Assembly (NCBI GenBank): GCA_048940645.1 | Contig: JBHLOI010000032.1 | Coordinates: forward strand, 1 to 41,915 | Reading direction: 5' to 3' | Origin: Promethearchaeota archaeon | GTDB lineage: Archaea > Asgardarchaeota > Lokiarchaeia > Sigyniarchaeales > SOKP01 | DNA length: 41,915 bases | Shown: piece by piece, positions 1 to 10,364 of the stretch | Numbering within the stretch: position 1 is the first letter of the stretch | Layout: every line of letters begins with the position of its first letter | Program-made: the position numbers and the translations under genes | The notes under the pieces: model-generated | The model's input: only the letters and a program-made list of their open reading frames with translations | What the model was told of the DNA's origin: nothing | Database searches by the model: none

Positions 1-83
1 GAATGTGATTAAAAATAAATTTTTTCTATAATAAGAAATAATGAATCTTTTATAAAAGAAAGTAGATCTTGATTTTGAAAAAT

Positions 84-446
84 TCAATATTTTCCTTTCG
101 GTCTAGGTTGTGGTTGACGCCCTGCTTTTTTTAATTTATCAACATTTTGTTCAAGTTCTTCAGTAGGAGTACAATAGAGGACTTGCAAAGTATCATAATC
201 AATAATTAAATTTCCTACTATCCCTAATCCCATTATTTTATTATCTTTATCAATAAAAGTATTATCGATCCCCATCCTTATCGCTTTTTTACCATTTTCT
301 AATTCAACAAGTTTAGGTTGACAAGCAGTATATCCCAGCCCTCTATTTTGTATTAAATAATTCATTAACGCATAATCTAATTCATCATCGATTTCTCCAT
401 CTTCTTCTATCACTTTAAATACTTTTGGAGCTGTTTGTTTAGACAT
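84..446 (-). CDS. hypothetical protein
   Basis: 120 aa ORF, co-oriented with the upstream gene run; no family recognised. Confidence 0.75.
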   Translation of the reverse strand: MSKQTAPKVFKVIEEDGEIDDELDYALMNYLIQNRGLGYTACQPKLVELENGKKAIRMGIDNTFIDKDNKIMGLGIVGNLIIDYDTLQVLYCTPTEELEQNVDKLKKAGRQPQPRPKGKY

Positions 447-488
447 TTTTGGTATAATTAATTTATATTAAAAAAATAATAAAATAAA

Positions 489-749
489 TTAGATTCTTTT
501 ATCTATTTGGACTCTGTCTACACTATGGAGAGCACAGTTCATATCCTCTAAAGCCTCTTTAAGGGTATCCAGCGAAAGTTCATCAGTTCCTTTTATGGTA
601 ATAAAAACTGAAGTTGTCTTCTGGTCAATTTCGTCAGTTTTTATTTGGACAAATTTTACTCCAGGGATATCTTCTAAAGCTTTGGCTAAGTCAAAATTGT
701 TAGGTTGGTGCGGTTTAAGGACATCAAGGTCAAACTCAATTCTTCCCAT
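489..749 (-). CDS. DUF211 family protein
   Basis: LDVLKPHQP N-terminal motif and LHSVD C-terminal motif typical of archaeal DUF211. Confidence 0.85.
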   Translation of the reverse strand: MGRIEFDLDVLKPHQPNNFDLAKALEDIPGVKFVQIKTDEIDQKTTSVFITIKGTDELSLDTLKEALEDMNCALHSVDRVQIDKRI

Positions 750-823
750 TTTAAAAATTAAACCCTTTTTTTATAATGAAATTCTATTTTTAAAATAGAT
801 TTATGTCATTAATAGTATAAATT

Positions 824-1543
824 CTATTTATAATTTTTTTTATTTATCTCCAACAATTTTTCAAGTGCCTTCGTTAGTTTTAATGGGATTTCATTTGGTT
901 TAATTATAATGTCTGCTTTTTTATAAGCATTTGATTTAAAGAATTCTGATAATTTAGTATATATTAGGATGGAATGTGCCCCAACATTTAGTGCAGCTTC
1001 GATATCTCTTCCCATATCTCCGATAACTACTATTTCTTGAGTTTTTACTAAAAGTTTACCACATATTAGCTTTAAATGATCTGGATGTGGTTTAGGGTTT
1101 TTTATGTTATCCCGACCAATAATCAGTTCAAAATAGTGTAAGAGGTTAATTTTTGCCAGAGATACTCTAGCATTTTCTTGAGTATTATATGTAAAAATGG
1201 CTTGTTTAAGGTTATGGTTCTTAGCAAATTCTAAAACTTTATCAATACCTTTCACCATAGTCGGGTTTATAGCCGCTTCATACTCCACTTTAGCTATAGC
1301 TGAATTTGCATCTTGCATTATTTCATTTATTTTACCCTCTGAAGTTCCCATTGATTCAAAAAAATTTCTGGCAATTTTAGCATTATCTAATGTTTTAGAT
1401 TTTAGAGAAAGCAAATCTTCAGGGACTCCGTTCTTCAAAAAAATGTTAATTGCCTCTTTTCTTGCTTTTATAAAATCTATTTTAAAATGAATTAATGTCC
1501 CATCCAAATCCCAAACAATTGCTTTAATAGGATATATTGACAT
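824..1543 (-). CDS. HAD-superfamily hydrolase (phosphoglycolate phosphatase-like)
   Basis: WDLDGTL motif I, KPHP, IGDMGRD motif IV. Confidence 0.9.
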   Translation of the reverse strand: MSIYPIKAIVWDLDGTLIHFKIDFIKARKEAINIFLKNGVPEDLLSLKSKTLDNAKIARNFFESMGTSEGKINEIMQDANSAIAKVEYEAAINPTMVKGIDKVLEFAKNHNLKQAIFTYNTQENARVSLAKINLLHYFELIIGRDNIKNPKPHPDHLKLICGKLLVKTQEIVVIGDMGRDIEAALNVGAHSILIYTKLSEFFKSNAYKKADIIIKPNEIPLKLTKALEKLLEINKKNYK

Positions 1544-2116
1544 TTAATAAACCAAATCAGAATATGTTGGACCTTTAGGAGTTAAGATTGACTTTTTTAA
1601 TTTAATTTCATTTATTTTAAAAGTACCGAACTCCAAATTCTTGTTATCTTGAATTAATTTTTTAAAGATATTATAATTTTTATAGTTAATATTTTTGGAT
1701 TTTAACCTTCCAATCGTTAAATGCGCTTTAAATTCTTTTCTTTTATCATATTTAACTTCTAATTTCTCATATAGCAATTTTTCAACTTTTTCTTTAATAG
1801 TTTGTAGGTATTGTATATCACCAATAAGTCTTATCCACAATACAGAAAATCTATTAAATTGGCCAACACCCTTCAATTTATATTCAAGTGTTTTTCCTTG
1901 GAACATTGATTCATTTATATCTTCTTTTAAAATTTTATATATTTTTGGTGCTATAGACTCTGAAATATTTCCAAGGAATTTTACTGTAATATGAAGATTT
2001 ACTGGTTCCACAAGTTTAACTTTTGGTTGATTTTGTTTTAACCTTGAAGAAAATGAAATTATTTTTTCAATTGTATCTTTATCTTTTAATTCTATAGCAA
2101 TAAATGCTCGAATCAT
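1544..2116 (-). CDS. thpR: RNA 2',3'-cyclic phosphodiesterase (2H family)
   Basis: RAFIAI start, two HxT motifs (HIT, HLT), SILTPKGPTY end. Confidence 0.92.
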   Translation of the reverse strand: MIRAFIAIELKDKDTIEKIISFSSRLKQNQPKVKLVEPVNLHITVKFLGNISESIAPKIYKILKEDINESMFQGKTLEYKLKGVGQFNRFSVLWIRLIGDIQYLQTIKEKVEKLLYEKLEVKYDKRKEFKAHLTIGRLKSKNINYKNYNIFKKLIQDNKNLEFGTFKINEIKLKKSILTPKGPTYSDLVY

Positions 2117-2122
2117 AAAAAA

Positions 2123-3253
2123 TCAATTTTTCCAATAGTTATATATTCTCCAATTATTCTTAGATATTTCACTTTTTTGTTCTGGAATTAAATGAATTTC
2201 TCTAATATCTTCTAATGATTTTGATCCTAATATTTTGATAATGTCCTTTAAAAACATAATATTCATTTTTCCTCGAGTATCAGCGTCGGCACTCGCATTA
2301 TGAGGCAATAGCAATATTCTTAGGTCTGGTTGGGTTTTTTTAATTTTATTTAACCTTTTGAGTGTTTCAATGTCGATTGGTTCGGTGGGGAAGACGTCAA
2401 GCGCGAGATTAATTTGGATTTCTTTTTTCTCTAAAAGATCTAATAAAGCGTCGAAATCAAGTACAAGGCCACGAGCAGTATTTATTAAAAGAGCATTTTT
2501 CTTCATCAATTTCAATAAATGTCTATTTATAATATTTTCAGTAAATTTGTCTAATGGAATATGGAGACTTATTATATCTGATTCTTGAAAAATTTCTTCT
2601 ATTTTATCTTTATATCCGATATTAGGATATATCTTCTCAAATTCTATCATCCGAAGAATATCATAGTATATAATTTTTACCCCCCAAGCGTATAACTTCT
2701 TTACGATTTCTTTTCCAATTTCTCCTAGACCAACAATGCCAAGAATTTTATTAGAAATTACTGAAGATAAATGCTGATCAATATCCCATTTATTATCATT
2801 GGACCACTTTCCATTCCAAACAAGATTGTGGAGATCAATTAAATTCCTTAAATTTGCCATAATTAATGCGATTGTATAATCCGCAACAGTCTCATGAAGT
2901 ACACCAGGAGTGTGTGTGATAAGAATATCATCATTTTTTGTTTTTTGGATGTGGTTATACCCTGTAGTTGAGGTACACACAGCAAAGATATTAGATTCCT
3001 CTAAAATATTTGCAGAGATTTTATGACTTAGATGACATCCTATTATATTAGGGTTAAATTCTTTAATATCCCTTTGAAATTCCGCTTCTGTTGGAAACCT
3101 ACCGTTAAATATTTTTAATTCAGCAATATTATTTAGCATTTCCCACAATTTATTTATATTATCTCTAATCTTTTGATTAATCTTATTGTTAGAACCAATT
3201 TCAGAAGGGGTAAAGACATTTGAAGTGAAGTATACTTTTGGTTTAAAACCCAT
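2123..3253 (-). CDS. D-isomer-specific 2-hydroxyacid dehydrogenase (glyoxylate reductase-like)
   Basis: GIVGLGEIG Rossmann motif, INTARG, DVFPTEP, PHNAS catalytic His. Confidence 0.9.
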   Translation of the reverse strand: MGFKPKVYFTSNVFTPSEIGSNNKINQKIRDNINKLWEMLNNIAELKIFNGRFPTEAEFQRDIKEFNPNIIGCHLSHKISANILEESNIFAVCTSTTGYNHIQKTKNDDILITHTPGVLHETVADYTIALIMANLRNLIDLHNLVWNGKWSNDNKWDIDQHLSSVISNKILGIVGLGEIGKEIVKKLYAWGVKIIYYDILRMIEFEKIYPNIGYKDKIEEIFQESDIISLHIPLDKFTENIINRHLLKLMKKNALLINTARGLVLDFDALLDLLEKKEIQINLALDVFPTEPIDIETLKRLNKIKKTQPDLRILLLPHNASADADTRGKMNIMFLKDIIKILGSKSLEDIREIHLIPEQKSEISKNNWRIYNYWKN

Positions 3254-3440
3254 ATTCTTAACCAGTTTAGGCGAAAATTTGAATTTTATGCATTAATTCA
3301 GATAGTTTTATATCTAAAAGATAAATAACTAAAATCACAACATTTTTCTTTGATATTATTTTTTGAAGCGAATCATTAATTTAAAAATAACCAATTATTA
3401 GATAGTATTATTAAGATTATTGAAATGGTAATTGAAAAAT

Positions 3441-3998
3441 ATGTCAAAAGAACCTCCGAGTAGCGAATCTATTAAAGTTATGGAACGAATAATTAAGGAG
3501 TCAAAAGGTAAAACGATCGATTTAGTAGTTGATCACATATTACTTGGCGTTACACCAGAAATGATAGATTGGTGGTGGGACAATATTGATACAACCGAGC
3601 GTTATAAATTTTGGCACCCAAAAGACCATCAATCTTTTCAATGGGAAGTTTCCCCCAAAAAAAGCCATATTGGGGCAATTCATAGGGTTGTTGAAAATAT
3701 TGGGATTAACACTATGTTAAGGATCCGATGGGAGGATCCGAGTACTTCGCCAATACCAATTGAGTATGAACATGCATTAGTAGGGAGCATACTCAATCGT
3801 ACTGACAATCCAACTAGTTGGCTTTTACATGAATATGAATCTATTGAAAATGGAACAAAGCTACGTACAACGTTTCGTTTGCCTGCCAGAGTCCCAAAGC
3901 AGTTTATCGAAGCTCTACGCAAGCATAGTAAAGAAGAAATGGATGAATTTGTCAATTTTTTGCCAAGGTTATTCGAAGAAAACAAAAACTCAACTTAA
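3441..3998 (+). CDS. DAPG/phloretin hydrolase (PhlG-like) family protein
   Basis: TPEMIDWWW, YKFWHPKDH and HxxEEM motifs; ATG at 3441 preferred over TTG at 3432. Confidence 0.8.
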   Translation: MSKEPPSSESIKVMERIIKESKGKTIDLVVDHILLGVTPEMIDWWWDNIDTTERYKFWHPKDHQSFQWEVSPKKSHIGAIHRVVENIGINTMLRIRWEDPSTSPIPIEYEHALVGSILNRTDNPTSWLLHEYESIENGTKLRTTFRLPARVPKQFIEALRKHSKEEMDEFVNFLPRLFEENKNST

Positions 3999-4016
3999 TC
4001 TTGTATTTTATAATTT

Positions 4017-4979
4017 TTATCTTTTTATTTTCTCTGGAAGATAAAAGTCATAATTTTTATTAAATACTTTAGTCTTAAGATATCGATCAAATCTCCTCAC
4101 ACTTTGGAAGATAACCCATATATTCTTATCACTCTTGTAGTATTTCTGAACTTCTTCAAAGTTTATAGGCTCAATTTCAAATTCAGGGGCCTCCTCCTTA
4201 AAAAATTTATTTACTAGTCTAATTAAACTAGGAATTAATTCAGATTTTTGTTCTTTAAAGAAATTTGCTATAAGATCTATAGTAACCTTTCTCCATTCAT
4301 AATATCTTCCAACCGTTTCTTCGAGGAAAAGGGCTTTTAGAAGCCATCTCAAAAAAGATGGAGCACTTTTTAAGAACAATTCTGCCTCCATAGCTTCAAC
4401 CCCTTTAATTCTGAACATTGGGGTGCTTGTATCCAAATAATATAATTTCGTATCAAAATTCACTTTTGGGTTGTTTGAGTCATAGTTAATTATCGCAAAA
4501 TTAGAAATTTGTCCATCAAGACCTATATCTATAACATTATTTTTACTACTAAATCCCCATACTTTTTTTAACTCTCTCATGACTAAAAGCACTAAGATTC
4601 TGATTTCTTCACCATTTAATATATGGATAACTCTATTCCCGACGGATTCGGAATCGATTTTCTCTTGAACGCAATAAAATTGAATTTTTCCTTCCTGATC
4701 TTTAAACCATGCAACATCATAATCCGGAAGGTTTAGACCAACTCTCTCCTTAAGGAGTTTATTATATTCTCTATAAGCCCATATATGGCGTTTTACTTGT
4801 GCTTCATTATCGAATATTGGAATTCTTTTATACGCTAAATGTTCAGGATCATCTAATATTTCAAAAACTAAACTGATTTCTCCAAAACCTAACATTTTTA
4901 TGGGAATCTTTCCTTTTTCTGGATGAAATGTGTCAATAGATTGTTCTAACTCTCTTAGCAGGTCAATATTGATTTTCAT
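4017..4979 (-). CDS. DUF6206-like protein, possible protein-kinase-like fold
   Basis: LGFGEIS, AYKRIP, LDGQISNF and YLDTSTP motifs. Confidence 0.65.
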   Translation of the reverse strand: MKINIDLLRELEQSIDTFHPEKGKIPIKMLGFGEISLVFEILDDPEHLAYKRIPIFDNEAQVKRHIWAYREYNKLLKERVGLNLPDYDVAWFKDQEGKIQFYCVQEKIDSESVGNRVIHILNGEEIRILVLLVMRELKKVWGFSSKNNVIDIGLDGQISNFAIINYDSNNPKVNFDTKLYYLDTSTPMFRIKGVEAMEAELFLKSAPSFLRWLLKALFLEETVGRYYEWRKVTIDLIANFFKEQKSELIPSLIRLVNKFFKEEAPEFEIEPINFEEVQKYYKSDKNIWVIFQSVRRFDRYLKTKVFNKNYDFYLPEKIKR

Positions 4980-5131
4980 GTTTTTTCAATCCTATGTAAA
5001 TAAATAAGATTTACATTTCTAACCTATTAAAATTATCTTGTGATATCAGAAATTTTGGATTGGTAATAGTTCATATGATATTTTCCTCTCTTTATTAATC
5101 TATTTAACTAAAAAAAATAATATAATATTTG

Positions 5132-6541
5132 ATGGTTTTTAGAAGAAATAAAAAAGAAAGAAGCGAAATTACGATATCTGATCATAAAGTGCCCTTCAAT
5201 CAAAAAGCATATTTTGGAATTTCAATTGCAGGTGCTACATTAGCACAAAGTCTGATTGATTTTTCGCTACTAACCTATTATACTGATTTTATTTTATTTC
5301 CTGAGGTTTTATTTGGAATTGTATATTTGTTATACGGTTTTTGGAATGCTTTAAATGATCCTCTTTTTGGTTATTATTCAGACAAAAAGAGACCGATAGA
5401 AGGTAAAGGAAAAAGACTTCACTGGATGTGGAAATCATTACCTTTTCTAATAGGGGGATTTTTTTTGTTGTATTTAGTAAATCCAACATGGGATGAGATT
5501 CTTATTTTTTTCATATTATTAACAGGTTTATTTCTTTTTGATACTGGATTAACCATTTTTATGATAAACAGAAATAGTTTATTGGTGTCAATAACAGATG
5601 ATGATAATGAAAGGTCTTCAATCGTAATTGTTAGTATGATATTTCAAACTCTTTTAGGCATTCTTTCTTACCTTATCCCATTATATTTCTTAACTAAGGA
5701 TACTCCAATTATAGCTATTCTTCTAATGTTTAGTGGTTTAGGTCTTACTAGTTCCTTTTTTTTAATCTACGGAATAAAGGGACTAAAAGAACCTTTAGGT
5801 ATTTATAAAGAGAGTGATTTCCTTAATCTAAAACACATCATTAAAGAGACTTTTAAATCACGGGCTTTTATTATTTTCATTTGTTACACATTTCTAATGA
5901 GTGGTGTAGCTCAAACATATTTGACTTTCCTATTTTATTACATTGATGATGTTATTCAGGTATCAGGTTTATTAGCCACTTTAGCAGCAGCTATTTCACT
6001 TCCAGCAGCCTTCATTGCTTACCTTCTTGTAAGATTAACCAGTAAACAGATAGGTGTTTACCAAACGCTTATTATTTTTTTGTGTATAACTTTATTAGGA
6101 TTTCTAAGTTTATTGATCATCAAAAACTATTGGTTAATGGTTATGAGCTACGTATTTATTATAGTAGGAACGAACGCTCATTGGATTTTAATAATGCCCT
6201 TAATTGGTAATATTGCTGATGAGTATGAATTAAGAACAAATTCTCGAAACGAAGGAATACTTTTTGGAATTAATGCTATCTGTGTAGCTCTTTCTAAATC
6301 AATTTTAATCTTTTTTTTTACTCTATTTTTAAACAATTTTGGGTATGATGGTAGTAAACCTATTCAATCGCAAAATGCTATATTGGGCATAAGGTTAGGA
6401 GCCGCCTTAGTTCCATTAATTTTTGTAGCAATATCGATAATTCTGATGTATTTTTATCCATTAAAAGGTGAAATCTTAAAAAATTTGAAGAAAGAAATTA
6501 AAATCTTATACGATAATAAATTCAATAATTCTAATGAATAA
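5132..6541 (+). CDS. MFS transporter, GPH (MelB-like) family
   Basis: About 12 hydrophobic segments; WNALNDPLFGYYSD and ADEYE...RNEG motifs. Confidence 0.9.
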   Translation: MVFRRNKKERSEITISDHKVPFNQKAYFGISIAGATLAQSLIDFSLLTYYTDFILFPEVLFGIVYLLYGFWNALNDPLFGYYSDKKRPIEGKGKRLHWMWKSLPFLIGGFFLLYLVNPTWDEILIFFILLTGLFLFDTGLTIFMINRNSLLVSITDDDNERSSIVIVSMIFQTLLGILSYLIPLYFLTKDTPIIAILLMFSGLGLTSSFFLIYGIKGLKEPLGIYKESDFLNLKHIIKETFKSRAFIIFICYTFLMSGVAQTYLTFLFYYIDDVIQVSGLLATLAAAISLPAAFIAYLLVRLTSKQIGVYQTLIIFLCITLLGFLSLLIIKNYWLMVMSYVFIIVGTNAHWILIMPLIGNIADEYELRTNSRNEGILFGINAICVALSKSILIFFFTLFLNNFGYDGSKPIQSQNAILGIRLGAALVPLIFVAISIILMYFYPLKGEILKNLKKEIKILYDNKFNNSNE

Positions 6542-6612
6542 ATACCATAAACTTAATTTAGATTTTCAATTTTTTTTTATAATTATTATTTAAAGATCAG
6601 GTTAAACCATTA

Positions 6613-7428
6613 ATGACTCGTCCTTTATGGTTCGTTGAATTATTAAAGAAGGCCTTTCCTAATATTAAATTTATAGCCAAATTAACTAGGATTCCGATTC
6701 TTGGTAAATTATTTGATTTATTATTGTTCAAAGAAGATGAGATCATTTATTTGCCATTAGATAAGGTTATTGCTATAAATAAAGAAATTGAAAAGCAATC
6801 AGACATAGTTCTCCCATCTCAAGTTTTAGAATATTTTATTTATAAGTCTAAATATCATTGGATCATGAATTTTTGTATATGCAGGGAATCTATGGAATGT
6901 GAAAATTATCCCCGTGATCTAGGCTGTTTATTTTTAGGAGAGGCTGTTTTAGGAATTAATCCTAAATTAGGTCGACTAGTAACAAAAGAAGAAGCTCTTG
7001 TTCATATAAAAAAATGCAGAGAAGCAGGGTTAGTTCACATGATTGGTCGAAATTTATTGGATAAGCAATGGTTAGGAGTAAATCCCGGCCATAAACTACT
7101 CTCAATATGTAACTGTGATCCATGTTGTTGTCTATGGAGGGTTTCACCCATACTAGCACCAATGATTGGTTCAAAAATACAAAAAATGCCTGGAGTTGAA
7201 GTAAAAGTGACAGATGCCTGCATTGGGTGTGGTAGCTGCTTAGAAAATGTTTGTTTTGTCGATTCAATACATATAAATAACAATCGTGCAGAAATTAATG
7301 TAGAATGTCGCGGATGTGGACGCTGTGTCGATATATGTCCCCAGAATGCTATTAAACTTACCATAAAAGATAAAAATTTCGTGTTAAACTCAATAAAGCA
7401 AATTGAAAAAGTAATCGATGTTTCTTAA
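6613..7428 (+). CDS. 4Fe-4S ferredoxin-domain protein
   Basis: CICR, CNCDPCCC, CIGCGSC and CRGCGRCVDICP motifs. Confidence 0.85.
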   Translation: MTRPLWFVELLKKAFPNIKFIAKLTRIPILGKLFDLLLFKEDEIIYLPLDKVIAINKEIEKQSDIVLPSQVLEYFIYKSKYHWIMNFCICRESMECENYPRDLGCLFLGEAVLGINPKLGRLVTKEEALVHIKKCREAGLVHMIGRNLLDKQWLGVNPGHKLLSICNCDPCCCLWRVSPILAPMIGSKIQKMPGVEVKVTDACIGCGSCLENVCFVDSIHINNNRAEINVECRGCGRCVDICPQNAIKLTIKDKNFVLNSIKQIEKVIDVS

Positions 7429-7447
7429 AAGGGAGAAAAATTATTAT

Positions 7448-8332
7448 TTATATCTCTATTCCATTCATTTTGGCAAATACCTTATAAAGACCTTGGGTTC
7501 CGAGGTTCTCTAATCCCATAGATGCTGCTGAAATATAAAATTGATAAGCAAGGGCTAGACCTGGGAGAGATAAATTCATTTGTTTGGCTTCTTTTAATGC
7601 TATCCCCATATCTTTAATAAAATGTTTTATATAGAATCCAGGATCAAAATTACCATCCACAATTCTTGGGCCTAAATTGTTGATTGACCAGCATCCAGCA
7701 GCTCCTTTTCCAATTACATTGATTACTTCATTTAAATCATTTCCAGCTCTATATGCATATAGTAAAGATTCAACAACACCAATCATAGTTGCTGCAATGA
7801 GAATTTGGTTACTCATTTTCGTATGCTGCCCTGCTCCCGCTTTACCCATATATGCGATATTTTTTCCCATCATTTTGAAAAAGGGTAAAACTTTATTATA
7901 AGTTTCACTATCTCCACCTGCCATAATTGCTAAAGTCCCTTCACGAGCTCCAACATCTCCACCTGAAACAGGGGCATCTATAGAAGATACATTAATCTTG
8001 CTTGCTTCTTCATAAATTTTTTGAGCTAAAGTGGGTTCCGAGGTTGTCATATCCACAATTACTGACCCCTTTTCAATACCAGCTAGAATTCCATTCTCAC
8101 CAAGATATACCTCTGTTACATCTTGGGGGAATCCTACAATTGTGAAGATAATGTCGCATTGTTCAGCTACTTCTTTCGGACTAGAACACCACTTAGCACC
8201 CATCTCAATCAAATCCATTGCTTTCTCTTTTGTTCGATTATACACAAACATTTCATATCCTGCTTTTAAAAGATGCATAGACATTGATTTTCCCATTACA
8301 CCTGTACCAATCCAGCCAATTTTTTCATTCAT
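7448..8332 (-). CDS. beta-hydroxyacid dehydrogenase (3-hydroxyisobutyrate dehydrogenase / tartronate semialdehyde reductase family)
   Basis: GWIGTGVMG, DAPVSGG, GQHTKMSNQ, KDMGIA. Confidence 0.92.
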   Translation of the reverse strand: MNEKIGWIGTGVMGKSMSMHLLKAGYEMFVYNRTKEKAMDLIEMGAKWCSSPKEVAEQCDIIFTIVGFPQDVTEVYLGENGILAGIEKGSVIVDMTTSEPTLAQKIYEEASKINVSSIDAPVSGGDVGAREGTLAIMAGGDSETYNKVLPFFKMMGKNIAYMGKAGAGQHTKMSNQILIAATMIGVVESLLYAYRAGNDLNEVINVIGKGAAGCWSINNLGPRIVDGNFDPGFYIKHFIKDMGIALKEAKQMNLSLPGLALAYQFYISAASMGLENLGTQGLYKVFAKMNGIEI

Positions 8333-8439
8333 AAGAATTGACCTCTGTTAAGTAATTATTTCAAACTGATTTTTTGAAATTATTTATCATAATACACATA
8401 GATTACTAAATATTATTCTAACAAATAATAGTAGAAAAT

Positions 8440-9879
8440 TCAGTCCCAAAAGACATTTCCTTTCTTAACACTATCAATTCTTGTACGATATTTTAGAGCA
8501 GAAACAGCTTGAACTGCCTCTTTTATCGAATGAAAAACTGGAATGTAAGCCAATTCTAATGATTCAATTATTAAGGAATATTTTGGCACGTACGGAATAA
8601 AACAAACAACTGGTTTTCTCTTTGTAGATATAATATTTGCTATTCTCCTTCCGATTTGAAAAGAGATATTTGGTGGATAAGGTAATAATAGGAGGATAAT
8701 GCACTCTATTCTTTCAATATCAGATAAATATCTAACTATGTTTTCAATATCAGTATCTAAAACAGATCCAGTTAAATCTATTGGATTATTGAATGATGCT
8801 ATTTCCCGTGCAACAGGATTCATCAACTCTTTCATTTGATTTTTTTCCTCCTTAGTAAAGTCAACACGATTTAAACCGTATGTTTTTAACATATCCGCTG
8901 CAAGTACCCCATGCCCACCAGATACTGAAACGATTGCAACATCACCATAAGTAATAACGTTATCACCGAAAGGGTTTTTTCGATGAGAGAGGACATCATA
9001 GACTTTCAGAGAAGTTAACAATTCTCTTTCAGAATGCGGTAAAATAACCATATTTTGTCTTAAAGCGGAATACATAATCTTGAAATCCCCAGCTAAACTG
9101 GCTGTATGAGAAAGCGTTGCCACTCTTCCTTCTCGGGTCTTTCCTCCAAAAAATACAATAACCGTATCTTCTGACTCTCTTGCAAGTCTTAAAAATTCCC
9201 TTGCTTTATTTTCTTTAAAACCTTCTAAATAAAACGCGATATTAGATGTATCGGGGTCAATTTTACTAAAATAATCAAGTAACATAACTTCATCAACAAC
9301 AGCGCGATTCCCAATAGAAACTGCTGTGGAAACACCTATATTTCTCTCATTAAACTTAACAAAGAATTGATCTACTAACACACCACCACTTTGACTTATT
9401 AATGCCACGGAACCTTTTGGTGGACGCGTAATTCGTTCTGTAGGTAAGAAGATTGTATCAACCAATGGAGGGGCATACACTCCAAGACAATTAGGACCAA
9501 GTACCGCAATATCATTATTAAAAGCAATTTTCTCTAATTTATCTTGTCTTTTTTTACCTTTTATGCCAATTTCGGCAAATCCCCCACCTATAATGACAGC
9601 AGCGGGAATACCCAGATCAACACAATCTTGAATGTATCCTAACGTATCATCCGGACCTACCGCTATTACTAGTAGGTCAGGAATCTCTGGTAATTTATCT
9701 AGTCTTTCGTACAATGATATACCTTCTATTTCACCCCCATTTGGATAAATCCCATAAACTTTTACTTTCATTTCAAACTCATTTTTCAACATTACAATTC
9801 TTCCGGGACTTAATGGGTTTTTTTTAGAAATCCCTACAACTGCCATTGATTTTGGCTTGAAAAGTTTTTGTAAATCCAT
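8440..9879 (-). CDS. acyl-CoA synthetase (NDP-forming), alpha subunit
   Basis: CoA-binding domain (GPNCLG, SQSGG), phospho-His motif SHTASLAG, NPIDLTG; alternative GTG start at 9891. Confidence 0.88.
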   Translation of the reverse strand: MDLQKLFKPKSMAVVGISKKNPLSPGRIVMLKNEFEMKVKVYGIYPNGGEIEGISLYERLDKLPEIPDLLVIAVGPDDTLGYIQDCVDLGIPAAVIIGGGFAEIGIKGKKRQDKLEKIAFNNDIAVLGPNCLGVYAPPLVDTIFLPTERITRPPKGSVALISQSGGVLVDQFFVKFNERNIGVSTAVSIGNRAVVDEVMLLDYFSKIDPDTSNIAFYLEGFKENKAREFLRLARESEDTVIVFFGGKTREGRVATLSHTASLAGDFKIMYSALRQNMVILPHSERELLTSLKVYDVLSHRKNPFGDNVITYGDVAIVSVSGGHGVLAADMLKTYGLNRVDFTKEEKNQMKELMNPVAREIASFNNPIDLTGSVLDTDIENIVRYLSDIERIECIILLLLPYPPNISFQIGRRIANIISTKRKPVVCFIPYVPKYSLIIESLELAYIPVFHSIKEAVQAVSALKYRTRIDSVKKGNVFWD

Positions 9880-10054
9880 TATATATAACACTCTTTAAAG
9901 TTTAATATTGAATTATATTTTTTTAAGGATTTAAATCATAATTATTTTTAGCTTATTTGGAGATAAAAGTAATTTTACTTAGAAATTATTAAAAAATTTG
10001 TTAAGTAGGTTAATTCCAGAAAGAAAGATTTAATTTGAATTTATTTATGCTTCT

Positions 10055-10288
10055 TTAATCACGTCTTTCTAGAACAATACCAAGAATTCCACCTAAAATG
10101 GCTAAGGCATAGTCAATATAATAATAGCTATAATTTAAATATATAAATCCATAAGGGGGTCCATAATACATGATTGGAATAAAGGAGCATATTAAAGCAA
10201 CAACACCAAAGACTAACATCAAAATGGTGCCAATTCTGATTCCTCTTAGAGATAAGACAGCTCCAATTGTTATAATTATTGCCCAAAT
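10055..10288 (-). pseudogene. 5'-truncated small membrane protein gene fragment
   Basis: 77 open hydrophobic codons (IWAIIITIGAVLS...GGILGIVLERRD*) immediately preceded by an in-frame TAA; it could instead be a ~55 aa ORF from an internal start. Confidence 0.5.
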
Positions 10289-10364
10289 TTACCACTAGAT
10301 TATTTATGATGATTTTTAGATTACAAAATTGTTAAGCCAAATTTTGAAAAGGTAATATTTAAAC

